The notes under the pieces are model-generated. The model was not told the origin of the DNA. It searched no databases and worked only from the letters and a program-made list of their open reading frames with translations. Below, one piece after another: positions 33,410 through 42,925 of a stretch of DNA of 64,000 bases (positions within the stretch are counted from its first letter, which is position 1; each line of letters starts with the position of its first letter). The position numbers and the translations under genes are program-made. The stretch is from contig CAWJKZ010000014.1 of assembly GCA_963843575.1 (NCBI GenBank), forward strand, positions 32,001-96,000. Direction: 5' to 3'. The DNA is from an uncultured Acidobacteriota bacterium. GTDB taxonomy: Bacteria > Acidobacteriota > UBA6911.

Positions 33410-34606
33410 ATGTCCTCCGCGTGGGTCGTGTGTTTGCTCCTGATGCTGCAAGGCCCGGCCGGCAGGCCGTTGCCCTACTTCGATTTGGGCGGCGCCGGTG
33501 CCGGGTTCTACGGCAGCGGCCGGGAGGATCCGGATCCGGCGGGCCTCGGCGCCGTCAAGATCGGCGTGCTCGGTCCCGAAAAAAGCGCGGACGGCCGGCA
33601 GCAGCGGGTGGCGGTGCAGTTGGCCATCGACGAGGCGAACCTGGCCGGCGGCTACGCGCGCGGCAACGGCGGCCCCGTTCCTTTCCAAATGGTGTTTCAC
33701 GCGGACGACGGGCCATGGGGCGTGGCCGCATCGAAGGTGGTGGAGTTCGTCTACGAGGATTCGGTCTGGGCGATCATCGGCGCACTCGACGGGCACCGCA
33801 CCCACATGGCCGAGCTCGTGGTCTCCAAGGCGTGGGTCCCCGTGGTCAGCCCGGGGGCCGTCGACTCGTCCGTCGACTACGCCAACGTCCCGTGGGTTTT
33901 CCGTTCGGTGCCCGACGACCGCCGGCAGGCGGACCTGTTGCTGCATTATGCCCGTTCGAAGAGCTGTCGCCGGGTTGTCGTTCTGAGTGAAATCGAACGT
34001 GAGGCATACACCGGTTTTAGGCGTATTATAGAAAGTTCGCGTAGCCAGAGGTACCCGCTGACCCAGCATCTGCAGTACTCGGCCTCGGATCCCGAGGAAA
34101 TCGTGCCGCGGCTGCGGGATGCGGATGCGGATGCCGTGCTGCTCTGGGGAAGGTGCGAGACGGCGCTCCGCGTCATAAAGGCGCTCAGGAGGGCCGGGGT
34201 GCGGTGTCCCGTGCTGGCGCCCACCACCCTCGCCGTCCCGGAGGCTCTGCAAGCTGGGGACGACCTGGGCGAGCTGATTGTGGCCGCGCCCTTTGATCTG
34301 AGCAGGGACGATCCCGCCATGCGCGAGTTCGCCGTGAGGTTCAGGTCCAGGGCGGGGGTGGTGCCCTCGCCCGTCGCCCTGTATTCGTACGACGTTGCGC
34401 GCCTGGTCATCCAGGCAATCCGGCAGGCGGGGCTCAATCGAGCCCGGGTTCGGGACGCCCTGTCGGCTGCCTCGTTTGAGGGTTTGACCGGCAGGATTGA
34501 GTTCAGCTCCCTGGGGGGCAACAAGTCCGCGCCGGTCCTGATGTGCCCGAAGCAGGGGGCGTGGGTTCGGCTCGACCGGCCGGAAGCTGTTGGCGGGGAG
34601 CAGTGA
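33410..34606 (+). CDS. Second LivJ-like periplasmic substrate-binding protein
   Basis: VKIGVLGP, EANLAGG, WVFRSVPDDRRQ, YSYD, GLTGRIEF. Confidence 0.87.
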   Translation: MSSAWVVCLLLMLQGPAGRPLPYFDLGGAGAGFYGSGREDPDPAGLGAVKIGVLGPEKSADGRQQRVAVQLAIDEANLAGGYARGNGGPVPFQMVFHADDGPWGVAASKVVEFVYEDSVWAIIGALDGHRTHMAELVVSKAWVPVVSPGAVDSSVDYANVPWVFRSVPDDRRQADLLLHYARSKSCRRVVVLSEIEREAYTGFRRIIESSRSQRYPLTQHLQYSASDPEEIVPRLRDADADAVLLWGRCETALRVIKALRRAGVRCPVLAPTTLAVPEALQAGDDLGELIVAAPFDLSRDDPAMREFAVRFRSRAGVVPSPVALYSYDVARLVIQAIRQAGLNRARVRDALSAASFEGLTGRIEFSSLGGNKSAPVLMCPKQGAWVRLDRPEAVGGEQ

Positions 34607-34704
34607 AGACGAGCGTTGGGGCTCCGGATCCGCGGTTTTACTCGAACCGTTTTCACAGGCCCTCGGCGGCCGTCGGAGCAATCCACATCCGAGGTAATGA
34701 CTGA
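34603..34704 (+). CDS. Putative 33-aa small ORF MKTSVGAPDPRFYSNRFHRPSAAVGAIHIRGND
   Basis: Fills the gap exactly: GTGA overlap upstream and TGATG overlap downstream. Confidence 0.35.
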   Translation: MKTSVGAPDPRFYSNRFHRPSAAVGAIHIRGND

Positions 34705-35309
34705 TGAGAGATTGTGTTGTTGGCATGGAAGACCTGAGGATCGATTTCGAGCGCCTGTCGGAGGGGGCACGAGACGAGATGACGAAGCTCGGGATCCTTT
34801 CCGAGCAAGGGCGAGTGCGCGAATACGTTAGGCCGCCCGTGCAACCCGATCGCCTGCCTGCCATCGACAAGCGGGCCATGCACGCCCCCGACGTCCTCAA
34901 CGAGGCTTTTCACTACGCGAAACCCTCGTCGTTTTCCCGCGGGCTGCGGCTCGACATCGGCGGCGTCACGGTGTTGCTGATCTCGGGCACCGCGAGCGTG
35001 GATGAGGGCGGGAGAACCGTCCACGTTGGGGACTTCGGGGCGCAGTGCTGGAGGACCTATCGGAACATCACCACGCTGCTGGATTCGGAGGGAGCCGGCT
35101 GGCACGACATCGTGCGCACGACCTGTTACCTCAGGGACATCGAGCGCGATTATGATGTTTTCAACCGGATCCGCACGTCATTTTTCAGGTGGCTGGGGCT
35201 GAGCCCCCTGCCCGCGAGTGTCGGGGTTCAGACGCGCCTGTGCCGCGAGGACCTGCTGATCGAGATTGAGGCGGTGGCCGTATTCCACGCGCGGGATGGG
35301 AAGCCTTAG
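34704..35309 (+). CDS. Rid/YjgF family protein resembling the FkbO/Hyg5 chorismatase C-terminal domain
   Basis: LISGTASV..HVGD..Q..T..NI and CREDLLIEIE; PAS in place of the RidA PAR motif; GAGGT RBS. Confidence 0.8.
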   Translation: MRDCVVGMEDLRIDFERLSEGARDEMTKLGILSEQGRVREYVRPPVQPDRLPAIDKRAMHAPDVLNEAFHYAKPSSFSRGLRLDIGGVTVLLISGTASVDEGGRTVHVGDFGAQCWRTYRNITTLLDSEGAGWHDIVRTTCYLRDIERDYDVFNRIRTSFFRWLGLSPLPASVGVQTRLCREDLLIEIEAVAVFHARDGKP

Positions 35310-35321
35310 AGGAGATCGGTT

Positions 35322-36221
35322 ATGAGACGGGAGCCGAGCGTCCCGGAGGCGGATGCGCCTGTCCTCGCCGCCCAGGCGTCGCTCAAACTGGTTGGCCGCC
35401 AGTCCGGGGTCGGCAGGACGCTCGTCGAGATCAACGACGTCCGCGTCGGCGGGAGCCATATCGTCGTCATGGCGGGCCCCTGCGCGGTCGAGAACGAAGA
35501 GCAGTTGATGGAGACCGCGCGCGCGGTAAAGGCGAGCGGAGCGAGCGTCTTGAGGGGGGGCGCGTTCAAGCCGCGTACTTCCCCTTACAGTTTCCAGGGA
35601 CTCAAGGTCGACGGCCTGAGGCTCCTCGCTCAGGCGCGCCTGGAAACCGGCCTGTCGGTGGTCACCGAGATCATGGACCCCAGGCAACTGGACATCACCT
35701 GCAAATACGTCGACGTGTTGCAGGTCGGCTCGCGCAACATGCAGAATTACGCGCTCCTGGAAGAAGTGGGGAAGTACCGGAAGCCCGTGCTGCTCAAGCG
35801 CGGCATGATGGCGACCATCGAAGAGTTGCTGCTCGCCGCCGAGTACGTCATGAAATCGGGCAATATGCAGATCATGCTGTGTGAACGGGGAATCCGGACA
35901 TTCGAGACTACCACCCGCAACACGATGGACCTCAATGCCGTGCCGATGCTCAAGGCGCTCACGCATCTTCCGGTCATTGTAGACCCAAGCCACGGCACGG
36001 GGCACTGGTGGATGGTGCCGTCGCTGGCTAAGGCTGCGGTGGCGGTCGGCGCGGACGGTCTGCTGATCGAAGTCCACGCCGAGCCCTCGCAGGCGCTGAG
36101 CGACGGGATGCAGGCGCTGCGCCCGGACCGATTCGATGACCTTATGAGGGATCTGAGACCCATAGCCGCCGCGGTTGGAGCCGAATTGGCTACTCCTGCC
36201 GCCACGGCCGTGGGGAGTTAG
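35322..36221 (+). CDS. aroF: DAHP synthase type I-beta, without regulatory domain
   Basis: [55 protein letters not shown]. Confidence 0.95.
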   Translation: MRREPSVPEADAPVLAAQASLKLVGRQSGVGRTLVEINDVRVGGSHIVVMAGPCAVENEEQLMETARAVKASGASVLRGGAFKPRTSPYSFQGLKVDGLRLLAQARLETGLSVVTEIMDPRQLDITCKYVDVLQVGSRNMQNYALLEEVGKYRKPVLLKRGMMATIEELLLAAEYVMKSGNMQIMLCERGIRTFETTTRNTMDLNAVPMLKALTHLPVIVDPSHGTGHWWMVPSLAKAAVAVGADGLLIEVHAEPSQALSDGMQALRPDRFDDLMRDLRPIAAAVGAELATPAATAVGS

Positions 36222-36333
36222 GGACACCGGCGCCGGGACGAAGCCGCCCGATCCCGGTTTGCCTTCAATAAATTGGGGGCGGCGATCTCTTTGTCGCATT
36301 ATTCACGTTCACACGGAGCCGGCAATCGTTAAA

Positions 36334-36362
36334 TTGACTGGCAGGAACGTGGTGTATATAAT
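36334..36362 (+). promoter_or_regulatory. sigma70 promoter TTGACT-N17-TATAAT
   Basis: Near-consensus, 50 nt upstream of ATG 36413. Confidence 0.8.
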
Positions 36363-36412
36363 CGGCGTGCTCGTCGCGACAGAGCTAAACGCTTGGACTT
36401 CTGGGAGATGCC

Positions 36413-37237
36413 ATGTTAAGGAAAGTTCTTTCCGCCCTCGTGGGTGTAATCATCGTGTTTTCCGTGGCCGCCTGCAGCAAGAAAGAGGAACCGGTCGCGG
36501 CTCCCGAAGCGCAGTCGGCGCCTGAGCCGCCGAAGCCTACGGCAGGTGAAATGGTTTTGATCCCGGCAGGCGAATTCACTCTGGGAACCACGGAAAAGGA
36601 CAGCACTGCCTATCCGCAACAGAAGGTCAATCTGCCTGCCTTCTGGATCGACAAGTACGAGGTCACGAACAAGCAGTTCCTCGACTTTGCGATCGAGAAG
36701 AGCTATTCGGGAGAAGGCGCCAAGGAGGGGAAGGACTGGCGCTCGTTCTTCACGCCCGACAAAGCGATGCACCCGGTGCTTTACATCACCTGGAACGATG
36801 CCAAGGCTTACTGCGAGGGACAGGGGAAGCGACTCCCGACCGAGCAGGAGTGGGAAAAGGCAGCCCGCGGCGCCGAGGGTTTTCGCTACCCCTGGGGCAA
36901 TACCTGGGAGACCGGGAAGAGCAATACCTATGAGACCGGGACCCGGCAGACCATGGAGATCGGGTCATCGAACGACGTAAGCCCTTACGGCGTCAACGAC
37001 ATGCTAGGAAACGTCCAGGAGTGGACGGGGAGCTGGTACCAAGCCTACAAAGGGAGCACCCGGAAGGATGAGAACTACGGACAGCGTTTCCGGGTCGTCC
37101 GCGGCGCGTCGAGGATGATTTACGGGGCCCGCGCCCACCTGTGGGATCGGTCGGCGTATCTGCCGAACTCGCTATATGACTTCGGCTGCCGCTGCGCCAA
37201 GGATGCGACGCCCGAGGAGGCTGCCAAAGCCAAGTAA
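36413..37237 (+). CDS. Formylglycine-generating-enzyme-fold (SUMF1/EgtB/PvdO) lipoprotein
   Basis: Lipobox VAAC, YEVTN, RLPTEQEWEKAARG, DMLGNVQEW. Confidence 0.9.
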   Translation: MLRKVLSALVGVIIVFSVAACSKKEEPVAAPEAQSAPEPPKPTAGEMVLIPAGEFTLGTTEKDSTAYPQQKVNLPAFWIDKYEVTNKQFLDFAIEKSYSGEGAKEGKDWRSFFTPDKAMHPVLYITWNDAKAYCEGQGKRLPTEQEWEKAARGAEGFRYPWGNTWETGKSNTYETGTRQTMEIGSSNDVSPYGVNDMLGNVQEWTGSWYQAYKGSTRKDENYGQRFRVVRGASRMIYGARAHLWDRSAYLPNSLYDFGCRCAKDATPEEAAKAK

Positions 37238-37337
37238 CACAGCGCGCTGCCGTGATTCGGCAAAGGGCGGGGCCGCGCCGGCCCCGCCACGTAATCCATC
37301 AACCGTGGTTGTTCCAAGCAGCGGCGGATCGGCGGCG

Positions 37338-38513
37338 TTACAGCACTCTCAGGATGAAGCACTTCAGGTAGCCCGTTTCGGGCACGCTGGCCAAGACGGG
37401 GTGGTCCTGCGACTGGCCTCTTTTCTCCAGAACCTGAACGTAGCGGTGAGCGTCGCGCGCCGCATCCACCAGCAAGTCCGCAAAATCGTGTTCCGTCAGG
37501 TGATACGAGCAGCTCGAGGTGACCATGATGCCTTCCGGGTTGAGGAGTTTCATCGCCCGGAGGTTGATCTCCTTGTACCCCGATTTCGCGCTCGACACGG
37601 CGGCGCGGTTTTTGGCGAACGCAGGGGGATCGAGGCAGACAGTGTCGAATTTCTCGCCCGTGCGCTCGAGCTCCCTCAGGTAGTCGAAGACGTTTGCCTC
37701 CTGGAACCGGAGATTCGAGTAGCCGTTCAACTGCGCGTTGCGGCGGGCCTGTTCCAGGCTGTCGGGTGAGATGTCGACGGCAAGCACCGACTCGCAGCGC
37801 CGGGCGAAATGAAGGGCGAACGCGCCCGTGTTGCAGAAGCAGTCGAGGGCGCGGCCATGGGCGTGCGCTCCCGCGGCGACGCGGTTGTCGCGCTGGTCGA
37901 GAAAGAACCCCGTCTTCTGGCCCGCGAGCGGATCGATCAGGAACCGGATTCCGTTTTCCACGATCTCGACGTTCCGCACCGCATCCCCCATCAAAATCCC
38001 CCGCTTCTCCTCTAACCCCTCCAGGATTCGCGCCTTCACGTCGTTCCTCTCGACGATGAGGCGCGGGTAAAACAGCTCGTGCAGTTGCTCGACGAGGAGG
38101 GGCTTGAGCGCGTCGGCGCCGCGAGACAGGGTCTGCAGCGCGACGCACTCGGCGTAGCGGTCGACTACGATGGAGGGAAGGAGGTCGGCTTCGCCGAAGA
38201 CCAGCCGGGAGGCGGATTGCGGGCCGAGCGGAGGGCGCCTGGCGACGGCCGACTGCAGCCTGCGCCGGAGCAGCTCCGGAGTCGGTGTCTCGTTTCCGCG
38301 GACCAGGAGTCTCAAGCGGATCTGTGATTGTGCGCTGTGGAGCGCGTAGCCCAGGACGTTGCCGCCATGGTCAAGCACGCGAACGATGGGTGAGGCTGGG
38401 TCGGATGCCTCGCGCACGAGGTCGCCCGCATATACCCACAGATGCCCGTGCCGGAGACGCTGGGCGCCCCGCACCGAGACCTGGACGTCGGATTGAACAT
38501 CAAAAGGACTCAC
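37338..38513 (-). CDS. RlmI/RlmK-like class I SAM-dependent rRNA m5C methyltransferase
   Basis: PUA domain GHLWVY, GQKTGFFLDQRDNR, DPPAF, TSSCS, YLK. Confidence 0.92.
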   Translation of the reverse strand: MSPFDVQSDVQVSVRGAQRLRHGHLWVYAGDLVREASDPASPIVRVLDHGGNVLGYALHSAQSQIRLRLLVRGNETPTPELLRRRLQSAVARRPPLGPQSASRLVFGEADLLPSIVVDRYAECVALQTLSRGADALKPLLVEQLHELFYPRLIVERNDVKARILEGLEEKRGILMGDAVRNVEIVENGIRFLIDPLAGQKTGFFLDQRDNRVAAGAHAHGRALDCFCNTGAFALHFARRCESVLAVDISPDSLEQARRNAQLNGYSNLRFQEANVFDYLRELERTGEKFDTVCLDPPAFAKNRAAVSSAKSGYKEINLRAMKLLNPEGIMVTSSCSYHLTEHDFADLLVDAARDAHRYVQVLEKRGQSQDHPVLASVPETGYLKCFILRVL

Positions 38514-39814
38514 TGGGCTCCTTCTCGTGCGGGATCGGGAGTTCTGGGGTAGGACCGCCGGACATACTGCAGCGCCTCGCGGCGGGTGCGGAGCGAGTGC
38601 TCCAGCCGGAGATCCTCTACGGCATCGAGGATTTTTTTGAAGAGCGGCCCCGGCGCGTAGCCGAGTTCGATCAGGTCACGGCCCGTAAGCAAGGGCAGGG
38701 CGGGGCAGGGCTCGTACAGCTGTTGGCCGAGGACGCCGAGACAATAACGGTACTCGCCGAGTCCGCTGCCCTGCGACAGACTGGCAACGCGCAGAAGTTC
38801 CAGGTGTTCTCCGATGACGGGTTTGCGGAGGATCCGCTTCAGCGCGCTTTCGCGCATGTTTGAAGCGCCGGCCAAACGCGGCAGCTGCTCTACGAGATCC
38901 GCCACGCGGGCGGTCACGGCATTTGGGAACCGGAGCCGGCGGCAGATTTTCCGCACCGCGCTCTCGCCGGACCCCGCGTGCGGCTCGGGACGTGTGTGGC
39001 CCTCGCGCTTTCCTCCCACCCGGTGCAGCAGCGTCGCGAGCGCCAGCTCCGTCGAGGGCTTCCGAAGCAGGCCGAGCGCGATTCGGGTTGTGGCGAGGAG
39101 GTCGCCGCCGTCGGGGCCAGGCACTCCCACGAGGTGTTCGACCTCGGGCAGGATCTGTGCGAGCAAGCCGCTCTCGTGCAGCAGGTCCAGCCCGCGGGCG
39201 CGGCCGGCTGCGGTCAGGAGTTTGACCATTTCATCTCGGACCCTCTCGGCGCTGACGCTTCTGATGCCGCAGGCCAGGCGGTGCACGGCGCCCCATGTGG
39301 CCGCCTCGATGCGGAAGTCGAGCACGCAGGCGAGGCGGACTGCGCGCAGCATCCGCAGCCTGTCCTCAGCGAAGCGGTCGGCGGGGTCGCCGATGGCCCT
39401 CAGGACCCGTCGACGCAGGTCCGCGCGGCCTTGGACGTAATCGATCACCTTCCGGCCGACGGGGTCGTAGAACAGGCCGTTGACGGTGAAATCGCGCCGA
39501 ATCGCGTCCTGCTCGGCTCCGGTGAAAACCACCGATGACGGGTGCCTCCCGTCGAGGTATGGACCTTCCGAGCGGAACGTGGCCACATCGTAGGTACGGC
39601 CGTAGGCCCGAACCTGGACCACGCCGAACGCGGCCCCGATCGCGGTGGAGTTCGGAAACAGGCGGAGCACTTCGTCCGGGAGCGCGCTGGTGGCGATGTC
39701 GATGTCGGTTGAGGTCCGCCCGAGCAGGCGGTCGCGGACCCACCCGCCGGCGAAATAGGCTACGCAACCGTTCCGGCGCAGTCTCTCCACGATTCGCCGG
39801 GCCGCATTTTCCAT
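38510..39814 (-). CDS. CCA tRNA nucleotidyltransferase / poly(A) polymerase family
   Basis: GGWVRD, DIDIAT, RRDFTVN, EDRLRMLRA; HD region degenerate. Confidence 0.9.
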   Translation of the reverse strand: MENAARRIVERLRRNGCVAYFAGGWVRDRLLGRTSTDIDIATSALPDEVLRLFPNSTAIGAAFGVVQVRAYGRTYDVATFRSEGPYLDGRHPSSVVFTGAEQDAIRRDFTVNGLFYDPVGRKVIDYVQGRADLRRRVLRAIGDPADRFAEDRLRMLRAVRLACVLDFRIEAATWGAVHRLACGIRSVSAERVRDEMVKLLTAAGRARGLDLLHESGLLAQILPEVEHLVGVPGPDGGDLLATTRIALGLLRKPSTELALATLLHRVGGKREGHTRPEPHAGSGESAVRKICRRLRFPNAVTARVADLVEQLPRLAGASNMRESALKRILRKPVIGEHLELLRVASLSQGSGLGEYRYCLGVLGQQLYEPCPALPLLTGRDLIELGYAPGPLFKKILDAVEDLRLEHSLRTRREALQYVRRSYPRTPDPAREGAQ

Positions 39815-39858
39815 CGTGCGCCAGAATTCGGAAATGGGAGCCGCGGTGCGGAGGTCGG

Positions 39859-40977
39859 CTAGCCCAGTTTATCGAGGTACTTGTTCCACTCGTCGTCCTT
39901 GAAGAGCTTCCTGCACTGGGCGCGGTACTTCGCGAACGACTTCTTGTCGCCGAGCCGGTAATAACTGAGCGCCATCCGAAAGTAGAATGTACTGTCGTTC
40001 GGGAAGCGCCGGGCGAGATTGAGCGTCTTTTCCCCCTCCACGATGGCCTCGCGGTAACGCCCGAGCTCGTAGTAGTTGTTGGTCAGGTAGCTGCGCACCT
40101 GGGCCTTGTCGGCCGGCTTGCGCGGCTGCCGGCGGAGCGCCTCCAGGGTGACGAGAAGCGATTTTTCGAATCTCTCCAGCCGGAAATAGCAGTCAACGAT
40201 CTTCATGTAGAGCCAGACCAGGTTTTCGCGCCTGCCCGTGATCTGCCTCAATTCCAGCATCTTCTCGTAGATTTCGACGGCGCGCTGGTCGTTGGCCAGC
40301 TGGTGGTAACAGTTGGCCATGCTGAGCTGGATCTCGTCCAGGCGCTCGAATTGGGGGTCGAGCTCGATCACCTTGGAGAAGTGCTTTATGGCCTCGTTGT
40401 ATTGCTTTAGGCTCATGTAGTTGTTGCCCATGCTCTCGTAGAGGTAGGCGAGGCTGGGGTCATTGTCGCTGAGGACTTGGATGGCGCGCTGGGAGTACCT
40501 TATCGCCTCGTCCGGCTTGCCCATCGCCTCGTAGTTCCGGCTCATCCCGGCGTAGAGCATCCACTGGGTGTCTTTTTCCTGGCTGTCGACGTACTGTTCA
40601 CAAATGCGGCGCGCTTCCAGCGACTTGGCGATCTTGCCGTGGTATTCAAAGAGCGATCCCAAATGGAAGTAGACGAAGCCGTACATGTCGGGCATGAACT
40701 CCGGCTGGTCGGGCTCAAAGAGCCGCGCCGATTTCAGCAGCAGCTTCATCGCCTCTCGGTCCTGGCCGGCGTTGTAGGCGCATATGCCCATCTGGCCCGC
40801 AAAATAGGCGCGGCCGTTGGGTTGCGTTTCCAGTTCGAACGCCTGCGCGTAGAATCTGCCTGCCTCCGAGTAACTCCCCTTCTGAAAGAGGCTTTCCGCG
40901 TGCGAGTCCAGCAACGAGATCTTCTCTTCGATCGACTGTGAGGCGTCCAGGCGCCCTTTGAGTTCTTGCGCATCCAT
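39859..40977 (-). CDS. Tetratricopeptide repeat protein
   Basis: Repeated TPR-like helices (AIRYSQRAI, AIKHFSKVIELDP). Confidence 0.85.
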   Translation of the reverse strand: MDAQELKGRLDASQSIEEKISLLDSHAESLFQKGSYSEAGRFYAQAFELETQPNGRAYFAGQMGICAYNAGQDREAMKLLLKSARLFEPDQPEFMPDMYGFVYFHLGSLFEYHGKIAKSLEARRICEQYVDSQEKDTQWMLYAGMSRNYEAMGKPDEAIRYSQRAIQVLSDNDPSLAYLYESMGNNYMSLKQYNEAIKHFSKVIELDPQFERLDEIQLSMANCYHQLANDQRAVEIYEKMLELRQITGRRENLVWLYMKIVDCYFRLERFEKSLLVTLEALRRQPRKPADKAQVRSYLTNNYYELGRYREAIVEGEKTLNLARRFPNDSTFYFRMALSYYRLGDKKSFAKYRAQCRKLFKDDEWNKYLDKLG

Positions 40978-41082
40978 GATTGGCGGCTACCTCGGCGTGA
41001 GAGTGGTAAACGAACAGGTATACTAGCACAACTTCCCGGACGACCGGCAACGTCGCTGGCACATCCGGGCGGTCCCGCGGGG

Positions 41083-41709
41083 TCACTGGTGGGCCACGAT
41101 CCGGCCCGGGAACACGTCCACTGTCTTGATGCGATAAGGCATCTGGGAAGGCTGCATGGGGTCGAACGGGGGCTTCTGGCGACTGCCCACGGCGCTGATG
41201 ATCTCTTCGACGAGGAAGTTGGGCAGCGTGGTGTCGTCGAACCGAGCCTCCTCGAGTACAAAACTCCCCTTGCCCGCCTCGGTTCGGAGTTTTCCTCTCA
41301 TGGTGAGGGTGTGGGTGCCCGATAGGAGCCGGGCGAACAGGCGCGCCAGACCCTTGGCGTTCATGCCGAGCTTGTCGAAATCGACCAGCGCCACGCCCTG
41401 GATGCGGGACTCCTCGAAGCTCATCAGCAGGCTCTTGAGGCTCGGGTGATATTTTGGGCTCAGTTCCAGCGCGAGGTAGGAGTTCACCTCGTTTTCGGTG
41501 AACTCCGTATCCTGTTTTTTCTTCGGGGTCGAGGCCGCGGCGAAATCCTCGAGGCGCTTGACCTTGGTGGCGCAACCTTCGGCTGCGGCTCTCGATATGG
41601 CTGGGGAGGGCGGCGGGACCGGCGTCTGCTCCGGCAGAAGAGGGACCGAAAACAGTAGAACCAGCAGCACCGCGCCGGCACACGACCCGCCTCGGAAACG
41701 CGGCTTCAC
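41083..41709 (-). CDS. Secreted hypothetical protein
   Basis: GGGGAG RBS, GTG, signal peptide, TENEVNSYL motif; lies in the lepB operon. Confidence 0.7.
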   Translation of the reverse strand: MKPRFRGGSCAGAVLLVLLFSVPLLPEQTPVPPPSPAISRAAAEGCATKVKRLEDFAAASTPKKKQDTEFTENEVNSYLALELSPKYHPSLKSLLMSFEESRIQGVALVDFDKLGMNAKGLARLFARLLSGTHTLTMRGKLRTEAGKGSFVLEEARFDDTTLPNFLVEEIISAVGSRQKPPFDPMQPSQMPYRIKTVDVFPGRIVAHQ

Positions 41710-41732
41710 GTGACTCCCCCTCCGGACGCAGG

Positions 41733-42434
41733 TCAACGGATGATCTTCAGGGTGCGCCGCCAACGTGTTTTGGTGAAGAAATTCAGGAACACGTCGAGGA
41801 ACTGTTTCGCCCGGTCCGAGATGCTGGTCTGGAGGTACTCGTCCCGCGGCGTATCGTACGACCAGTAGATAGCCAGCGCTTTGCCTATGATGTGATCGCG
41901 CGGCACGAATCCCCAGAAGCGGCTGTCCTGGCTGTTGTCGCGGTTGTCGCCCATGGCGAAGAACTGATCCTTCGGGACGTTAAAGGGCCCGTAGTGCTCG
42001 TAGATGCTTCCGGGGTCGATGTACTGCGTGTATTTTTCCGAGAGCGCCTTGCCGTCGATGTAGACGGTGCGCCCCACCATCTCGACCTTCTCGCCCGGCA
42101 GGCCGATGAGCCTCTTGACGTAGGCAACCTCCGGACCCTGCGGATACTTAAACACGATCACGTCGCCGCGCCTGAGATCCTTGTAGGGCAGGAGATTGGA
42201 GAGGAAACCCGAGTGGAAGCCGTATACGAACTTGTTGACCAGCAGGTGGTCTCCGATCAGCAGGTTGGATTCCATCGAACCGGTCGGGATCTTGAAAGCC
42301 TGCACGACGAACGTGGTGGCGAACAAAGCGATGATCGCGGTGATGACGATAGATTCGAAATACTCCCGCGTCGTGGATTTGCGGAATTCGACCTGGGGAC
42401 TGTCCAACCTGGGCTCCTCCTCGATAGCCTGCAA
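41733..42434 (-). CDS. lepB: Signal peptidase I
   Basis: IPTGSME, YVKRLIGLPG, MGDNRDNSQDSRFWG. Confidence 0.95.
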   Translation of the reverse strand: MQAIEEEPRLDSPQVEFRKSTTREYFESIVITAIIALFATTFVVQAFKIPTGSMESNLLIGDHLLVNKFVYGFHSGFLSNLLPYKDLRRGDVIVFKYPQGPEVAYVKRLIGLPGEKVEMVGRTVYIDGKALSEKYTQYIDPGSIYEHYGPFNVPKDQFFAMGDNRDNSQDSRFWGFVPRDHIIGKALAIYWSYDTPRDEYLQTSISDRAKQFLDVFLNFFTKTRWRRTLKIIR

Positions 42435-42719
42435 ACACTATCACATGCCGTCGGACCGCACAAGAAAGCCGGCGGTGCCCACGCTCCCTGCGGCCGAGGA
42501 TCCGGCTGATCCGGCAGCAGGGCGGCGACGGCGATCACTGCCGGGAGCGGCGCCGCAGAACCAGGCGCCTGGCGTCCCGCGTGGCAAGGAGTTCCCATCC
42601 AGCGCGCGACTGGTGAATGCCGCTCCGCCAACTTCAATATACAAATTCCTGCCCTGTGGCTCGCCGTGGATTTATGGGTTGGAATTCCGGATCTAAAACG
42701 AATAGAATCAGTAAAATTT

Positions 42720-42795
42720 GGGCGGTTAGCTCAGTTGGCAGAGCATCGGTTTTACAAGCCGGGGGTCGCAGGTTCAAGCCCTGCACCGCCCACCA
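42720..42795 (+). tRNA. tRNA-Val (TAC)
   Basis: 76-nt cloverleaf, acceptor GGGCGGT/ACCGCCC, anticodon loop TT-TAC-AA, GGTTCAA, encoded CCA. Confidence 0.96.
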
Positions 42796-42850
42796 CATTA
42801 CTGCCACACCATCTCCATCTTGCATCTGGCGGCAAAATCCCTGCCGATTC

Positions 42851-42880
42851 CTGAAACCTTTCGACGCGACCTGCCACCTA
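42851..42880 (+). promoter_or_regulatory. Candidate ECF-sigma promoter GAAACC-N16-CACCTA
   Basis: Upstream of the DUF4097 gene next to an ECF/anti-sigma pair; shares a 13-mer with 2449. Confidence 0.3.
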
Positions 42881-42925
42881 CACAGCGTGACTGTTGGATG
42901 CGTTCAACCATGGGAGTTCCGGTGT

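Noticed and set aside
36413-37237. FGE-fold lipoprotein as part of the HZS-like operon
   Set aside because: It has its own near-consensus sigma70 promoter after a gap of about 190 nt.
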